Notes: generated by a model not told the origin, from the sequence alone. Counted from the stretch's first letter, positions 1-13,991 are shown. The stretch: 64,000 nucleotides of DNA from Chrysomallon squamiferum (GCA_012295275.1 CM022672.1:16430001-16494000); one strand, 5' to 3'. Program-made: numbers and translations.

Positions 1-253
1 AATAAGTTATTTGTCATAAATATATATATGTGTATGTGTGTGTGTGTATATAAATATAAATATATGTATAATTTAATTTTTTTAATTACTACATTAATGT
101 AACATTTATGTAAGCATAAAAGAAAAACTTTAGGGGCATTTAACCATCTTTTTTCAACCTCTTTTATAGAGTAAATTACATATTAAAAATCTGCAACATC
201 AAATTATTAAATAATAAATTAATTTAAGTTAAGGAACAATACAAGGCTAAAAT

Positions 254-289
<36 letters not shown>

Positions 290-513
290 ACAAAAAAGAA
301 AGAAATACAAAAATCATTATTTTAAAAAAGCACAACTGAAAACTAAGTTGTAGCTAATTTGCAGTGAAAGACTTGCACAGTCACAGTAGACCATGAAGGT
401 TTTATTCCTTCCTACATGTCTTATTAATGTGTGAAATTCTGGACCATTCCTGAGATCTGTACACTTTTCACACATCACTCACAGCCTCAACAAATGAAAG
501 CACTAACATCACA

Positions 514-594
514 TCACTGAACCATTTTCTTCACAGATGTTCTCTTGCGGTTTGATGTACGAGGTAGAGTTCCATAAGCATTGATCTGTTTTTG
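514..594 (-). CDS. REEP: REEP1-4 family protein, terminal coding exon 9 (QKQINAYGTLPRTSNRKRTSVKKMVQ*)
   Basis: tttcag acceptor (ct at 595-596 on +); phase 0 matches exon 8; TGA at 514-516; basic tail resembles REEP3/4 C-termini (YGSL..KKR, from memory). Confidence 0.75.
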   Translation of the reverse strand, partial: QKQINAYGTLPRTSNRKRTSVKKMVQ

Positions 595-1356
595 CTGAAA
601 CATAAATTAAATTTCAAATTAATAGTTAAAATATTTTCATGCAAGAATATACAATATTTCCATCCACTGGTGCTTAACAGACTAATGTTGCTGTTTTGTT
701 AAACATTAAACCAATATCCAGATTTTGATTCCTTCATTAATGTATTACAAAAGCCATTAATAATTGTATTTAACTGTTGTTAAATGGTTATCTGTTAATA
801 TATCTGTAAGCATAATTAGATTAATTTGTATTGTGTTCTTAAATAAAAAAAATGATACTTCAGATTCATATCTTATTAAATAGCTGCATTTGTTAGATTG
901 TTAGTTTACAAACATATTAAAATACAGCTATGTTAAAAATTAATACTGAAAAGATGTTATTTATTTATTTTTGTTAAATTTAAAGACAAGTGCTTTATTC
1001 ATTGTGAATTACAGTTAAAACATATTGAAATAATAATAAATTTAAAAAAAATTAAAAATGAAAATGAATACATCTACAAAGAAAACTGTGATTGGTATGC
1101 CAAAATCAAAAACCCTAGAAATTTCGGGGAAAAAACACTCTTTAGTAAGGTGCAATTCAAAACCAGATTTAAATATAAAAAGAATAAAACAAAATTATCT
1201 GTTTGCATCATCAATATCTATTAATGGTCTTTATTTTTATTTTGCTAAATGTTTTGTTTTCTGTTTTTTTATATGTTCTTGTTTTTAGTTTGTTTGTTTT
1301 AAGTTTATTTTGTAATTTAATTTATTATAATTATTATTAAAACATTTTCTTTTTAA

Positions 1357-1359
<3 letters not shown>

Positions 1360-1398
<39 letters not shown>

Positions 1399-1432
1399 CC
1401 TAAATGAAAATAATAATAATAATAATAATAAT
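1360..1432. repeat. (AAT)n microsatellite, interrupted
   Basis: Two aat runs separated by cctaaatgaa. Confidence 0.9.
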
Positions 1433-1630
1433 AAAAATCCTAAATAAACCATGCAGAAAATAAATATATAAATAAATAAACATATAACTAAATAAATAAT
1501 AATTTAAAAAAATGACTGTGGTGAGTTTTAAAACCTTCTCCACAAAACATGCAAAAACTTTCAAATGAAACTTTCACCATAAGTTAAAGTGAAAAACATT
1601 GTGCTACAGATAACTAACATTAATTTTATT

Positions 1631-1986
1631 CAGTGATAAATGATTTTAATTATTTATTATCATTATCATTATTTAATACTTTGTTTTATTTATTTATTAG
1701 TATTACTAGATTTAAAACACAATAATAAAAAATAAAAATAAATAAAAGTTAAAATAACATCAGCCATTTGATAAAAAATTAAATAGAAATTATATAAATC
1801 AGAAAATGTTTAATTAGTTGATTCCCTTCAGTGATAAATGATTTCAAATATAACTACATTTTTTATTTATTTATTTATTATATTAATACTACTACATATT
1901 TAGAAATTAATAATGATGAAAATTAAGTTAAAATAAGATACAGCCATTTGACTTGTCATCAAGAATTAAATAAACATTATATATAA
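1631..1986. repeat. Degenerate ~190-bp tandem duplication
   Basis: cagtgataaatgattt at 1631 and 1829; aagttaaaataa..cagccatttga at ~1746-1771 and ~1925-1951. Confidence 0.65.
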
Positions 1987-3034
1987 AAAAAAAAAAAAAA
2001 AAAAAAAAAAGGAGTGAATGATTTCAGGTATTTTTGAATTATGTAATAAAAGGAAATTTCTAATTTAATGAACATTAAACCTTTAAGGCAGAAAACCTTC
2101 TCACCTTTGATGCTTTTTTCTGAAATAAAGTGATAATAATATTTTTCTATGATGACAGCAGTTCAGTACTTGGATATTTACTTCTTGTTTTAACTATATT
2201 ACATTTAAATAAACTACATATTGTAAAGGATATTGTATCTGCAGTGTATTCATTTTGATAAAAGGAACCTTTATTCTTTTCCAAAAAGAGCAATAGTTTG
2301 TAAATGACTTTATTTGTCTGTATTTTAATTTACTGCTGCAATAAAATTTAAGTAAAATTCTTGACTTATTAACATTTAAATTGGGGGATATGGTGTTGAA
2401 AAACTGAATTTTGTTAAAGTAAATAATTAAATTCTCATTTTATCAATATGTATATAATATATATTTTTTTAATTTAATTGTTTTATATTTAAAAAAACTG
2501 AATAGATAATGAACAAATTAAATATTTGAAATCTGAATTATATTATGTAATCCTGAAACGTAAAAGTGTATGCGAAAACGAAATCCATTTGAGTAACATG
2601 CATTGAGGACTTGGTGAAATCAAACACATCACACTTGTTTCAGCACATATTATTTACAAGGCACGTAGAATTTTCTCTGTTTACCACTTCCCAGTCTGAA
2701 CTACAATTAACAATTTATTTTATTTGTTCATTCCCCCCCCCCATAAAGGAAACTGATATCTCAGGAAAATAAAACAAAAGGAACAAAATTTTTGTTTGTA
2801 CTAAGAGCATCAAATTCTATGTACCTCACTTTTTTATATCTACACTAAGAAGTGATACAAATGTACACTGGCAGTACTCTCCCAACAGTAAAGCCTAATT
2901 CTCACAACATTAAGTGCAATGGAAGGATTAAAAAGGGGGGAAAAAAACAATTTCACTTGATTTTTTTTTTATTAAACAGTTATCAAATGTAAATGCTCAG
3001 GTGTTAGGAGTTTACTGCATTTGCCTTGAATAAT

Positions 3035-3118
3035 TCATTTTTTCCAAAAATTTTGTGTGTGGGAAGTTGGAGCCCACGAATTTGATCGCTGCCGATGTAC
3101 AGAGCTGTATAGAAGGGG
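3035..3118 (-). CDS. REEP: REEP candidate alternative terminal exon (PLLYSSVHRQRSNSWAPTSHTQNFWKK*)
   Basis: tttctctccag acceptor; phase 0 in frame with exon 8; 27 open codons then TGA; CpG-containing, unlike the flanking intron. Confidence 0.5.
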   Translation of the reverse strand, partial: PLLYSSVHRQRSNSWAPTSHTQNFWKK

Positions 3119-3764
3119 CTGGAGAGAAATATTGAAATAATGGTATTAAATCTTCTAATTTACAAAATTAACAAACAAAAAAAATATTAATAATAGAAAA
3201 TAATAATAATAATAATTTGCTACACTGATGAATCATAAAAGAAATTCTTGAAATACCTAAAAAAAAAATTGGTTTTCCAGATTTTACTAATTCTTTTTTT
3301 GTCTTTCAGTTTTTCAGTCTATTAATACCAATAATTTTCTAATGATAATGTATTATTTACAGACTCTTGTTTCAAACCAAATTATCAATTAAATTTTTTT
3401 TTTAAATAAGGTATAATGTTAGAACAGGTTAAACTTTTGTATTTATACATAAAAAAAACAATGTAAATTCATAAGCAGTGTTAATAATATTAGCCATAGT
3501 ATTAAGAAAATAAAGCACAGAAAATGCTATTATCCACTATTTACTGACATTCATATTAAGATGTAACATATTAACTTCAAAATAAAGCATTCTTAAAAAA
3601 AAAATGATTTATAGTTTTAAATTGTTTAAATATAGTTGGGTTTTTTTTTTTTATTGAAAATGAACTGTTAACAATATATATATACTGATTTATTTTAAAT
3701 TAAATAGTATAATAAAATAGTAACAAAAATAAAATTTACAGTAACAGATATTAAAACAGTTTAC

Positions 3765-3883
3765 CTCTCTTTGGGTGTAACTTTTTCGAACAGGCACAAC
3801 AACCACCTCCTCTGTGTACACAACCTCTTCTTCCTCTTCCTCTTCCTCTACATCTTCAGCAACTTCTTTTACACTGGACAGAG
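3765..3883 (-). CDS. REEP: REEP exon 8, acidic poly-Glu segment (ALSSVKEVAEDVEEEEEEEEVVYTEEVVVVPVRKSYTQRE)
   Basis: ctgtttccag acceptor, GAG|gtaaa donor, 119 nt, phase 1->0, open frame. Confidence 0.8.
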
Positions 3884-4216
3884 CTGGAAACAGAGAAACA
3901 AGAAAAAAAAAAAAAAATAATCAAATCTAAAAATCAAATTCGTTTGTATATAACTAATTTTTGGAACATTTAGCATTGTATAAAACTGCCAACATTATTA
4001 TATTATACATATATTGACACAAACATTAAAGAAAATTTCCACTGGTAAACAGTGGTTTTATTTCTGATGCATGCTATCTCACAACATCATTTAATTAATC
4101 AGAGTGCTTTGAGTAAGGAAAGGAATAATTTTACATAAGAAATGTTTTACAAGAAAAAAAATGATTTTATATTAAGAAAAGAGAATATCTATCATGCATA
4201 TTCTCAGAGAATTATT

Positions 4217-4220
<4 letters not shown>

Positions 4221-4263
<43 letters not shown>
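4221..4263. repeat. (GT)n microsatellite
   Basis: Direct reading. Confidence 0.95.
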
Positions 4264-4264
<1 letters not shown>

Positions 4265-4367
4265 ATGCATGTGTTTTTTAGAGTTTCTATTTTAATGTAT
4301 ATCTGTATTATTTAAACATGGTTATAACAGCATTTTTCACAATTTACTTTCAGCACTGATGTGTTAC

Positions 4368-4475
4368 CTGCATTTGCACTGATACTTTTTTTCATTCTTG
4401 ACTGTTTACCAGAAACATCAGCAGTACGATTATCACGACGCAGTAATTCCTCGTTGTCTTCTCGTAATCTGTTAT
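4368..4475 (-). CDS. REEP: REEP exon 7 (DNRLREDNEELLRRDNRTADVSGKQSRMKKSISANA)
   Basis: tctacag acceptor, CAG|gtaac donor, 108 nt, phase 1->1, open frame. Confidence 0.82.
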
Positions 4476-4924
4476 CTGTAGACCACAAATGTCAAACACT
4501 CTAATTACTTTTTAAAACAATCTAAATTATTAGCTGCTTTATTCATTCCAACTGTTTATAATTTAGAATATGATGAAATTAATAACAATCATAATGTGAC
4601 ATTTTTGTAATTGTCATGGAAATATTAGTTTAAGAATATATAATTGGGACATATGGCTAATTAGCCTTTTATTTTTATTTTTTTGTCACTTACAGATTTT
4701 CCCCATTCTTTTTTATAGATTACATTTTTATTTTTGTTAATTTAATAAGTATTTCAGTTCTAATTATATAAATGTCATGGTATGTATGTAATAATATAAT
4801 TAAGTCAGATGGCTAATTTATCTGTTTTTTTTGGTTCATAGTAAATTCTTTAGTCTTTATATGCTCAGTTTATGCAGATGAATTGGTGTGTTTTATATTT
4901 CAGTTTAATTCTGATTTCCATTAC

Positions 4925-5051
4925 CTAACTCATCTTCATCTTCTTGCTCATCATCCATTAGGCTGTATCTGTCCATTATTCCTTGGCCATCATTAGTTAT
5001 ATCACTGGTACTAAAACTGCGTTGTAAATGGCTTACCAATTTGCCGTGACC
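4925..5051 (-). CDS. REEP: REEP exon 6 (GHGKLVSHLQRSFSTSDI...)
   Basis: Matches the REEP1-4 GQG.L...LRSFSM.DL segment; ttcttag acceptor, TAG|gtaat donor; 127 nt. Confidence 0.88.
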
Positions 5052-5989
5052 CTAAGAATTAACAACAGTAAAGATTAATAATAATAAATACAAAATGGTC
5101 TGAAATATTAGCACAAAATTTTAAATTACTGTGAGATTCTAAAATAAGTAATAATAATGAAAACAAAATTAATAATAACCTTCCAATAAAACACAGTATA
5201 ATGTTGTTGTTTTTTCTGATATTTGACCCAAGCTTGATATTTATTCTATTCCGAATATAAAATTGTTTTAAAGAAATCATTGAAATTGCCTGATACTGAA
5301 ATTACTTCCCTTAGTACTAAAACATTTTAGACCTTTCTTAACATATTTTTCTGATTATTTCCCTTGGCTTGGTCAATTTTTTTTTTTCATGCACTGTTTT
5401 TAACAGAACCCCTGAATAGAATGTCATTTAGAAATAATATCAGCCACTGAAGCTTAGTGTAATTTTCTATATTTGTAAATCACAGGCTTTACATTGTCAA
5501 CTTAAGCATGGACAGGTTAACAAAGTATGTTCATAGTATAAAAAAAACCAAAAAACAAATCCCATCCTTAATGTTATATAATGCATACAAATAGAAAATT
5601 AAATGTCAGCAAAAAAAAAATCAGCAGATGAACAGATCAAACTAGGAAAAAAACCAAACAAAGAACAAACAAAAAAAAGCCTATTTTGATTGTAACTAAT
5701 CTGTGACACTCTGATAATGAAAAGACATAATCCTGTATCTGTTTATATTGAAATTACTGTCACATTTTTAGCCAGTAATAAACACAGTGCACTCTAACGG
5801 TTTTTCTACAAATCACAAGGTAACAAACTTTTCACTGAAAAGCAATTTACTACGGGGATTTAAAAAGTTAATACATTTTTATTATTGTTATTATTATTTC
5901 TAATTATGAATTGGTGTTTATAACTGGGGAATTAGATTTCCTACGTATAAAATAATAGAATTATCATCCATTTTAATTATTCCACATAC

Positions 5990-6103
5990 CTTAAGTGCAG
6001 TTTTCATCATGGCATTAGTTGCAAACTGTAAACCTTTTGTTCCCAAACTGAGCAATGTGGAGTAACTCTGTCTACTGGCCTGTGCTATCATTTCATCTAT
6101 GTC
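5990..6103 (-). CDS. REEP: REEP exon 5 (DIDEMIAQASRQSYSTLLSLGTKGLQFATNAMMKTALK)
   Basis: Homologous to REEP EIDD...AK.RSY.....G.RGL amphipathic region; 114 nt, the size I recall for vertebrate REEP1-4 exon 5; canonical splice sites. Confidence 0.93.
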
Positions 6104-6269
6104 CTAGAGAAAAACAGTGTTTATTTATTATTATTAATATAGCATTTTAAATGTCAAATATCATCTGTTAATCTGCATTCACAGCATAATTTGAATATAT
6201 ACATCAGATTTAGAAATCAAAAGATTTGAAACAAAACGAGTAAAACATATTCTCTTCAACAGTTTATTT

Positions 6270-6306
<37 letters not shown>

Positions 6307-6457
6307 CTAACAAATCTTCTCCCAAAAAGATCCTAATATAAATTCCTTTTAACATTATTTTAAATGTTTTTGTTCATTTCATTTTTGAAAATTACCCAGG
6401 CTCAAAATATGATCAAGTAACTGTTTGCAACCTGTAAATGAGAAGTTTTTCACTGAC

Positions 6458-6578
6458 CTTTTCTCTCTTGCATAGTTGTGGGTGGACAAACTTTTTGAAC
6501 AGAAAATTGGAGCCACGAGTCATTGGTGATAGCAGCCATAAAACAAATACTATTTTCATCTCATAGTAAAATGGAAGC
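6458..6578 (-). CDS. REEP: REEP exon 4, TB2/DP1/HVA22 domain ([40 protein letters not shown])
   Basis: Signature PFYYE.K..F..WLLSP.T.GS....KFVHP; 121 nt; canonical AG/GT. Confidence 0.96.
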
Positions 6579-7469
6579 CTAAAAAGTTAAAAAAATAAAA
6601 ATAAAATAAAATAAAATAAAATAGTTGCATTAATAATTTTTATATGTAATTTATTTAGTTTCTTGTAACACTAATGGAACTATAATTTGTATGTTAACTT
6701 ATGCAAGTGTGTAAATGATGAAATAAAAAATAAACTGTACAATGTTTGCATTTCTTTGAAAATATAAATAAAATTTTACAAAAATTAATAAAACAATTTT
6801 AACATGAATCCGTAAAAAATTCATATATTTTATTTATTTTAATTAAATGTAGTAAGAAGAAAAAAAAACAGACTTTCTCAATTATTGGGCACAATATTCC
6901 AAAATGTATCACCAAAATTATTAAAACTTTTGAAATTAAAACCCACTGATAAAGAGTTTTAAGGTTTTGTTAAAATGTCATCACTAGTTTTATATCTGGA
7001 AAGAATTTAAAGATTATATTTGGTCTCAGCTTGACCTTGCTTAAGTAACTTGTTTTAGGTTTTAATTCCTCTGGTCCATTCACAATATCTCAGATTAATC
7101 AGTGGTTGTGGCAGCTGGTACACAGATATCTGTCTGTGTTTATGAAGCCAGCAACAAATAAAAGTCTATTGGAACAAACCAATCTGTATGCTGTACAAAG
7201 TACAAAGTTTGTGGGAATATTCTGTTGTTGATTTTGACAACACCACATCACTGATTTTAATACTCTGCAACATGATAAAGGATTATGAAAGATTAATGTG
7301 CTGTCTTAATCTTTGTTTTGTTATGATTTGAATACAACCATAGTCAACGTATCTTGATATACTGTCATTTGCCCCTGATGTTTGGTTAAAGATAATGCGT
7401 GCAAAAAAATATATATACTTATAGGTTCATTTTTTTTATAAGCCTTAACAATTTGATTATTTTAATTAC

Positions 7470-7520
<51 letters not shown>

Positions 7521-7531
7521 TATAATTATTA
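7470..7531. repeat. (TAT)n microsatellite
   Basis: Direct reading. Confidence 0.9.
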
Positions 7532-7812
7532 TTTTCATTTTCATTTTCATTATTATAAACAAGATTTAAGGTCAAGCACTAAGGCTGGCAGAAAATGTAA
7601 GAATAATCATGATTCATCTATCACAGAATTAAATGAAGATATGGAAATTTAAACATTTAATAAAGAAGATCAAGTTGTACTGTTACATATTCATAAACTC
7701 ACTTGCTTAAAACTTACTCAACATCTGCTGTGAATACAATCAGAAAAAAAAAGAGAGAAGGTAGAAAATAAATAAAATACAGTTGAATGATGTCAAAATA
7801 TCTGTTACTCAC

Positions 7813-7889
7813 CAGGATATAAATACATCAGCAAATGTTTCAACACAATAAAATAAGGCGAAAACAATCCAGTATATCATCCATTTCAC
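7813..7889 (-). CDS. REEP: REEP exon 3 (VKWMIYWIVFALFYCVETFADVFISW)
   Basis: Signature VKWM.YWIVFA.F...ETF.D; 77 nt; gtgagt donor. Confidence 0.96.
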
Positions 7890-7946
7890 CTATGTAATGA
7901 AAAAATAAACAATAATAATAATCATACAAACACACCCACACCCACA

Positions 7947-7947
<1 letters not shown>

Positions 7948-7987
<40 letters not shown>
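7948..7987. repeat. (CA)n microsatellite ~60 nt upstream of the REEP exon 3 acceptor (UG repeat in the pre-mRNA)
   Basis: Direct reading. Confidence 0.95.
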
Positions 7988-7988
<1 letters not shown>

Positions 7989-10900
7989 CACAAAAATACA
8001 AACTAAACAGAGTTAAAACAATGTAAATATAGTCTATCCATTAACAGGTGTTTTGTACACATTAATATTCACTTTATTTATCAAGTACAATAATATTATT
8101 GTATCCTTCCATTTACATTCATAACATATGAACCAGTTCAGCTGTATAAACAAATTCAATTCTATAAGGTATGATCAACTTTACCTGCTGAAACATACAT
8201 ACCAGCAGACACCCACAAAATAAAACATTTGAAAATAAAATCAGAATAAAAAACCCATACAACAAATACTTACATGCTGATAAACATCATACCTATATTA
8301 ATAAACATGAACAGCTTACTTTTTATGAATACTGGTTTAAAAATACTTTATTATTCTTTTCTTCTTTTGTCTTATTTGTTTTTTGTTTTAGTTAAAAGGT
8401 TAACAAAAGGTAAATGGCTGTAAGCAATATTTGCATTACTTAACCTCTCAGAACCAAAGAAAATCAATAATTCTTCATTTCAAGTATGTAACAGTTGTTA
8501 TTTAAGTTATTTGCTGATAAAATCTTGGTCACCGACTAATTTGACCTCTGCTAAATAAACTTAATATAATAATGTTCTTCTAAATTAAAAGATAATAATG
8601 TGGTTTTTAAACAGTAAGAGCATGCTTCCTTTTGTTTTTCTACTATAATTTTTTTTTAAGATTTTAAATTACAACAGATCAACATCTATGCTGATAAAAA
8701 AAATAATAAAATAATAAAAAATATAATAATAATAGGTTGCCAATGAACAACAGATCAACCTGTTTTATTTATATATACATATACAGAATACATACAAATA
8801 GCCTACTTAACCTAATTTGCTGAAACTGAATTGATAATAAAAATAACAATAAATCTTGTTCTTTTTTTTTTCAGTGAACCCTGTCATCAGTCATGGAAGC
8901 ATAATTAGGAGTTTATACTTCAATAACTATTTCTACAGTATTGTCTGCTAGCTGTAATTTTTTTCTTTTTATAAACATATAATTAGTGTTTGTAAATGAT
9001 CAGCATGAAATATATGAACATGCACATAAACAACTGAAAACAATAGAGAACTGAATTTCTTTACTTTTTTTTAAAAACAAAACAACAACAACAATAACAA
9101 CAACAATAATAATAATAATGAACAGGTTTAGTTTTCATATATATATTTACAGGTGTCATCTGGGTGTTGTCAAACATTGCTAACATTAGCTACCTGTATG
9201 AAAAGACTCTATTTCATAAAACTTGTTGGTGACATGTTAACACATGTACAATATAAATGCATATAGTCACTGACAAACATTTACTCTGTATAAACTATAT
9301 ATTTACATAGGGTGGGTGTAACTGGTGAAGAAAACCATATTCAAGAGGTCACATCTCTTTTTGAATGTCAGAGAAACTTAGCAGGATCATGTTATTCTAG
9401 TAATTATATCGGTTTACCTCGAAAAAAGAACAACAAAATATGTGACAGTAGAACCTTGACCACTATTAGCCGTGAAAAAGCTGAAGTCTGTAAATTAAAA
9501 CCACTCTCAGTGTTATCTCTACATGTCGCACATAGCCATTATAGTATCCAATATCCCATTAAGTTTTTGTTGCTGTTTCAACAATCAACAGTTATAATAG
9601 ATAGGTTTTTGTTGTGCTTTTTCTACTCCTTTTTCTTCCCCCATCCCCTTCCCTGTCTTGTCTATCATTACCATCAACAGTAAGTGCTTTATTTTTCTCT
9701 TAGAATTACCTTACACTTTTGATTAAAGATCAGTTCTAATATATCAAGAATTACTTTGGATAATGCAAGGGTCTTAATAATACTGTTTATAGACATGGTA
9801 AGTCTCACCAGATACACAGACAGGTGATATCATGGAATATTTATCCTGCACATCCTAAATTACAGATATACAGTGACATTGTTCTGGGCTTTTTCAAATT
9901 TTTATTATTATTATTTATTATTTGCTTGCTCTTCCAAATATCTGTTGAAACAAGAATGATAATAAACAAAAATTAACATAAAACAAAAAAGGTTACACAT
10001 CTAAGATATTTCTGAGCAATAAAATTGAAACAACAAATAATTAAACAATTGGCCAGTGCTTTAAACATAACTTGAAGATTTTTGCAGAAACAAAATAAGA
10101 TTTCTACCTCTATAAATACAAGTGTACAAAAATGTTCATGTAATTTAATTCCAATACATATACATGTATAAAGTAAAAATTAAAAAAAAACAAAAAACAC
10201 AACATTAAATATTCTCTGTACTGTTAAAAATGGTAAAAGATATGTGCACAGACAAGTCTCTGAAATGAAGGTATTGCTTTGTGACAATGCAACTGATTTT
10301 CATGGAAATAGCTTGAATAGTTTATTCTGTGATAAAAAAAAGAGGAAAGAAAAAAGATGCATATGAATGAGACATTTTATAACTAAACAATTGCTGGTGT
10401 TTATACACTTATACATTTCCATTTACCAATATGATAGGTCAGTTGCTAAAATGATATATTCTTTTTTTCTTCTTTTATTTAAAAAAGCAATTTATAAAAA
10501 AAATAACTGATATTATGTTTCGATGCATGCATTTAATACTTTTTTGTTGTTTTTTTTAAATTTTTTAAATTTATTATTAGTCAATCTATTTGTCAATAAA
10601 AAAATAAAAAAGGATAATCTAGGCCATTAATATTGTTTTCCTTCTTTTTCTTTCTTTTTTTAAATGAATAATTTTAATCTAAAGGGAAAACTGATAAACA
10701 AGAACAAAACAAACAAACAAAAAATAATGTGGTAAAATAGAAATGATGTATTTCTTAACAAAACATCCAGAAAATTTTATTTTTAATTGTCAACATCTGT
10801 CAGGTGAAGTAACGACTTTCAGTCACAATAGCTTTTTGTTTTGAATCTAAAACCTTTGAAAAGATACACAAAACACCACACCATCCATTCACTACACAGA

Positions 10901-11789
10901 GATAAATTCTGGGTTAATGCTTTATCAGAATAATCAATTTTTGCCTGTCAGACATGGAGCAAGCAAACTGAACTACATTAATTCTTTTTTCTCTCTCTCT
11001 CTTTCTCTGAAGTTATTCCTCACCAAATTCAATACTGCACAAATTCATGATCGATAGAAAGTGATTTGCCAACCGTGACCTGGAGCAAACAGCTGATCTG
11101 CTGCTTTGAAAACATGCAACTGACAGCTCGTCAACCTGACCACAACACCAACAGGCAGATTTTCATGTTGATTATCCACACAACAGGATGGCACTGACAC
11201 TGGCAGAACTGAATACTTTATTATATCTTCCTATTCCATGCTGATGAGCATTTTAATTACTTAGTGTAAGCTTGATATTTCAATTTACTTCTGAATTTTA
11301 ATAACCAAGGGTTTAAAAATATTACTAATCCAAATTTTTTTACTCTCAGTTATTACTAAAATAAACAACTTACTTAAATTAATATCAGTATCACAAATCA
11401 AATAAATCTTTTTAAAACACAAAGTACTGTAAAAAAGATTTTAAAAAATGACAGATTTATTTAGTTTTCATTATTTCAACATTTTACATATACTAACAAT
11501 AAAACAATACTTAAGTTCATTAAAGTATATTATGATTTTATAATACAGAAAAACAATAAATTTATATGAAAATAATAATAATAACATTTTTATTTGTATT
11601 TTATTTTATTGTTATTGTTGGTTGTTATTTCTTATAAAGTGAAAGCAGAGAATGACATTCAGTAAGGAAAAGATGTCCTATTTCAAGCTGTTACAGCAAC
11701 ATTTTTTTATGCAATGTACTGTTATTAAATTATTATTATTTTTTGTCATTGTTATACATTCATTTGTATTCATATGAACAAATTAATAT

Positions 11790-12004
11790 GATATTCTAAA
11801 CAAAAGAAACATATCAGTGTTACATACTATCTATCATATTAGCCACAGAAAAACTTAACTAATAAAACATCAATCTTAAACAATAACCAGATATAAACAT
11901 TAAAATCAATTTTATAAATGTATGTTCACGTAAACAATCAGATATACTAAACAAAAGAAACACATCTCATTATAATCCACTATGTAGAAATAATCTTAGC
12001 CACA
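11790..12004. repeat. Degenerate direct repeat (~60 bp, ~150 bp period)
   Basis: gatat.ctaaacaaaagaaaca.atc...ttagccaca at 11790-11847 and 11941-12004. Confidence 0.6.
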
Positions 12005-12579
12005 ATTTAGAAATTTTGATCAGCTATTAAACTGTTTTATTTATTCATGCTAACAATATGTTGTGGGTTTTGAGACAACCCCTAGCCAGGCAATTATTTC
12101 TTGTGTAGTGAAAAGCTGAAGTGGTTGGTAGAAGGCATACACAACACAGCTGACAGCAGCTGCTGGTTTAATCTTATTGATTTGCAAAGGACTTGTCACA
12201 CATGTAAAAATATCCAAATCATTTGTACTTCAGATTTTTTTTCTCAATTTGATATTTTGCCCACATTATCTAAACCTTAATGTGAATGGCTTTTAAGGGA
12301 AAATAAAACAGAATTGGACTGTTTTTAAATGTTTTTATTTATCTATCATGTATGAGTGTGCTTCACATGATGTATCATAAAAACAAACAAGCTAGTTTAT
12401 TTTTACTGTAAACTTAGCTTATATTTCTGAACATTAAATTTATATTCTGTACCACTGTATGTAAGATAGTTGATTGTTGGTGTTTTTTAAAGTTAACTAC
12501 TGCATACTGAATAAATAAGTTAATTTAGAAAACAAATACAGTAAATTTAAATTCAATGTTCACAGAATAAACATGAGAA

Positions 12580-12582
<3 letters not shown>

Positions 12583-12640
<58 letters not shown>
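12583..12640. repeat. (TG)n microsatellite
   Basis: Direct reading; source of the spurious HTHTHT ORF. Confidence 0.95.
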
Positions 12641-12644
<4 letters not shown>

Positions 12645-13926
12645 CATACTATATTTCCTGCCTCTAACAATTTCTGAAACAGCAAGATCAAAAAAGATGC
12701 AGGACAAACACACATAATTTCCCCCAGGGTAGAACTCACTCACTGTCAGGAATTCTGACATTTCAGTAGCTTGTTTGAGTGGCTGTAACTTTTGAATTAC
12801 ATCAAATTAAACACTGATAGGAGAATGAGTCATGGCCTTGCCTCACTGCTGATAATAACAAATAATGTCAGGTCACATTATCACTACAAAATCATATTGT
12901 TTTGTGCATAACTTCTTTTTCACTGCAATATTTTAGTGAACTTCTGTAGTTTAAAAATTAGAACATGCTGAATTACCATTGTAAACTCTAAAGCAGAAAG
13001 AAGAAGAAAAATCACATGGATTTGGAAACAGTAATGAATTATTTTTGGGGGAATGAGGTTAAAATATTTGTTTGGGGTGTTGAAAGTTTCCTGTTATTTT
13101 TGTATAAATCAATAGTAATTCATTCTGAATTGTCATCATGGTCCAACACTTAAAAAGATCTGGAAATTTCCATAATATACTATCAGTACAATATCCAGAC
13201 AGATATTTCATACGCAACTGCTTTCATTTTGTTGTTACTAATACAATGACAATAGATTATTTGTGCTGTATCTGTAATAATACATACAAACTAGCATTTA
13301 CAGATATATATATATATGATTTTGACTATTATTCATATTAATAAATACAGTAATCAATTCTGTATGATGTTTTTTTATCTTGTTCTGCTTTCAAGTAGCA
13401 GTTGACAGGTCACACATTTTACCATTGGGCATGTTTCTATGCTTTCTGTCTCAGAATCATAACACCCATCTAGTTTACTATCACCAGACATCAGAACTGA
13501 TTACACATGAAAGGAATAAAAATGTGTTCAATGTACACCTGTCTCTCACTTTGCTCATCACATGATACAAATGAATAAACCAACAACAAATGCACATGAA
13601 TCACCTTTGAAAGAACAAAATAGTTTCTTTCTTTTCATGTCTTTTTACTACTGAATGTTTTTTGAGATGACCCCTCACATTGACTGGCTGACCTGTTTTT
13701 CAACACAGATGTTTGTATTGTGGAAAACAGCAGGGAGTCATCAGTCAACTCTTTGATGGGTCATCTCTCTAAATACAGTAGTAATTTTTAACAAACAGGT
13801 ATATACTTGTACATACCTGGTAGCTATCTACATGTTCAGTAAACCTTATTTGGAAAAACAAAACCATGACATGTGATGTATTATATTTTATTTAAAAAAG
13901 ATAATAAAAAAATAAAAAAAAAAAAA

Positions 13927-13991
13927 AAAAATAAAAATAAAAATAAAAATAAAAATAAAAATAAAAATAAAAATAAAAATAAAAATAAAAT
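13927..13991. repeat. (AAAAAT)n hexanucleotide repeat
   Basis: Direct reading; source of the spurious KNKNKN ORF. Confidence 0.9.

Noticed and set aside
2638-2695. Extra minus-strand acceptor (tttcag) giving TGKW* in phase 0 or DWEVVNRENSTCLVNNMC* in phase 1
   Set aside because: No homology or other support; acceptor-like sequences are frequent here
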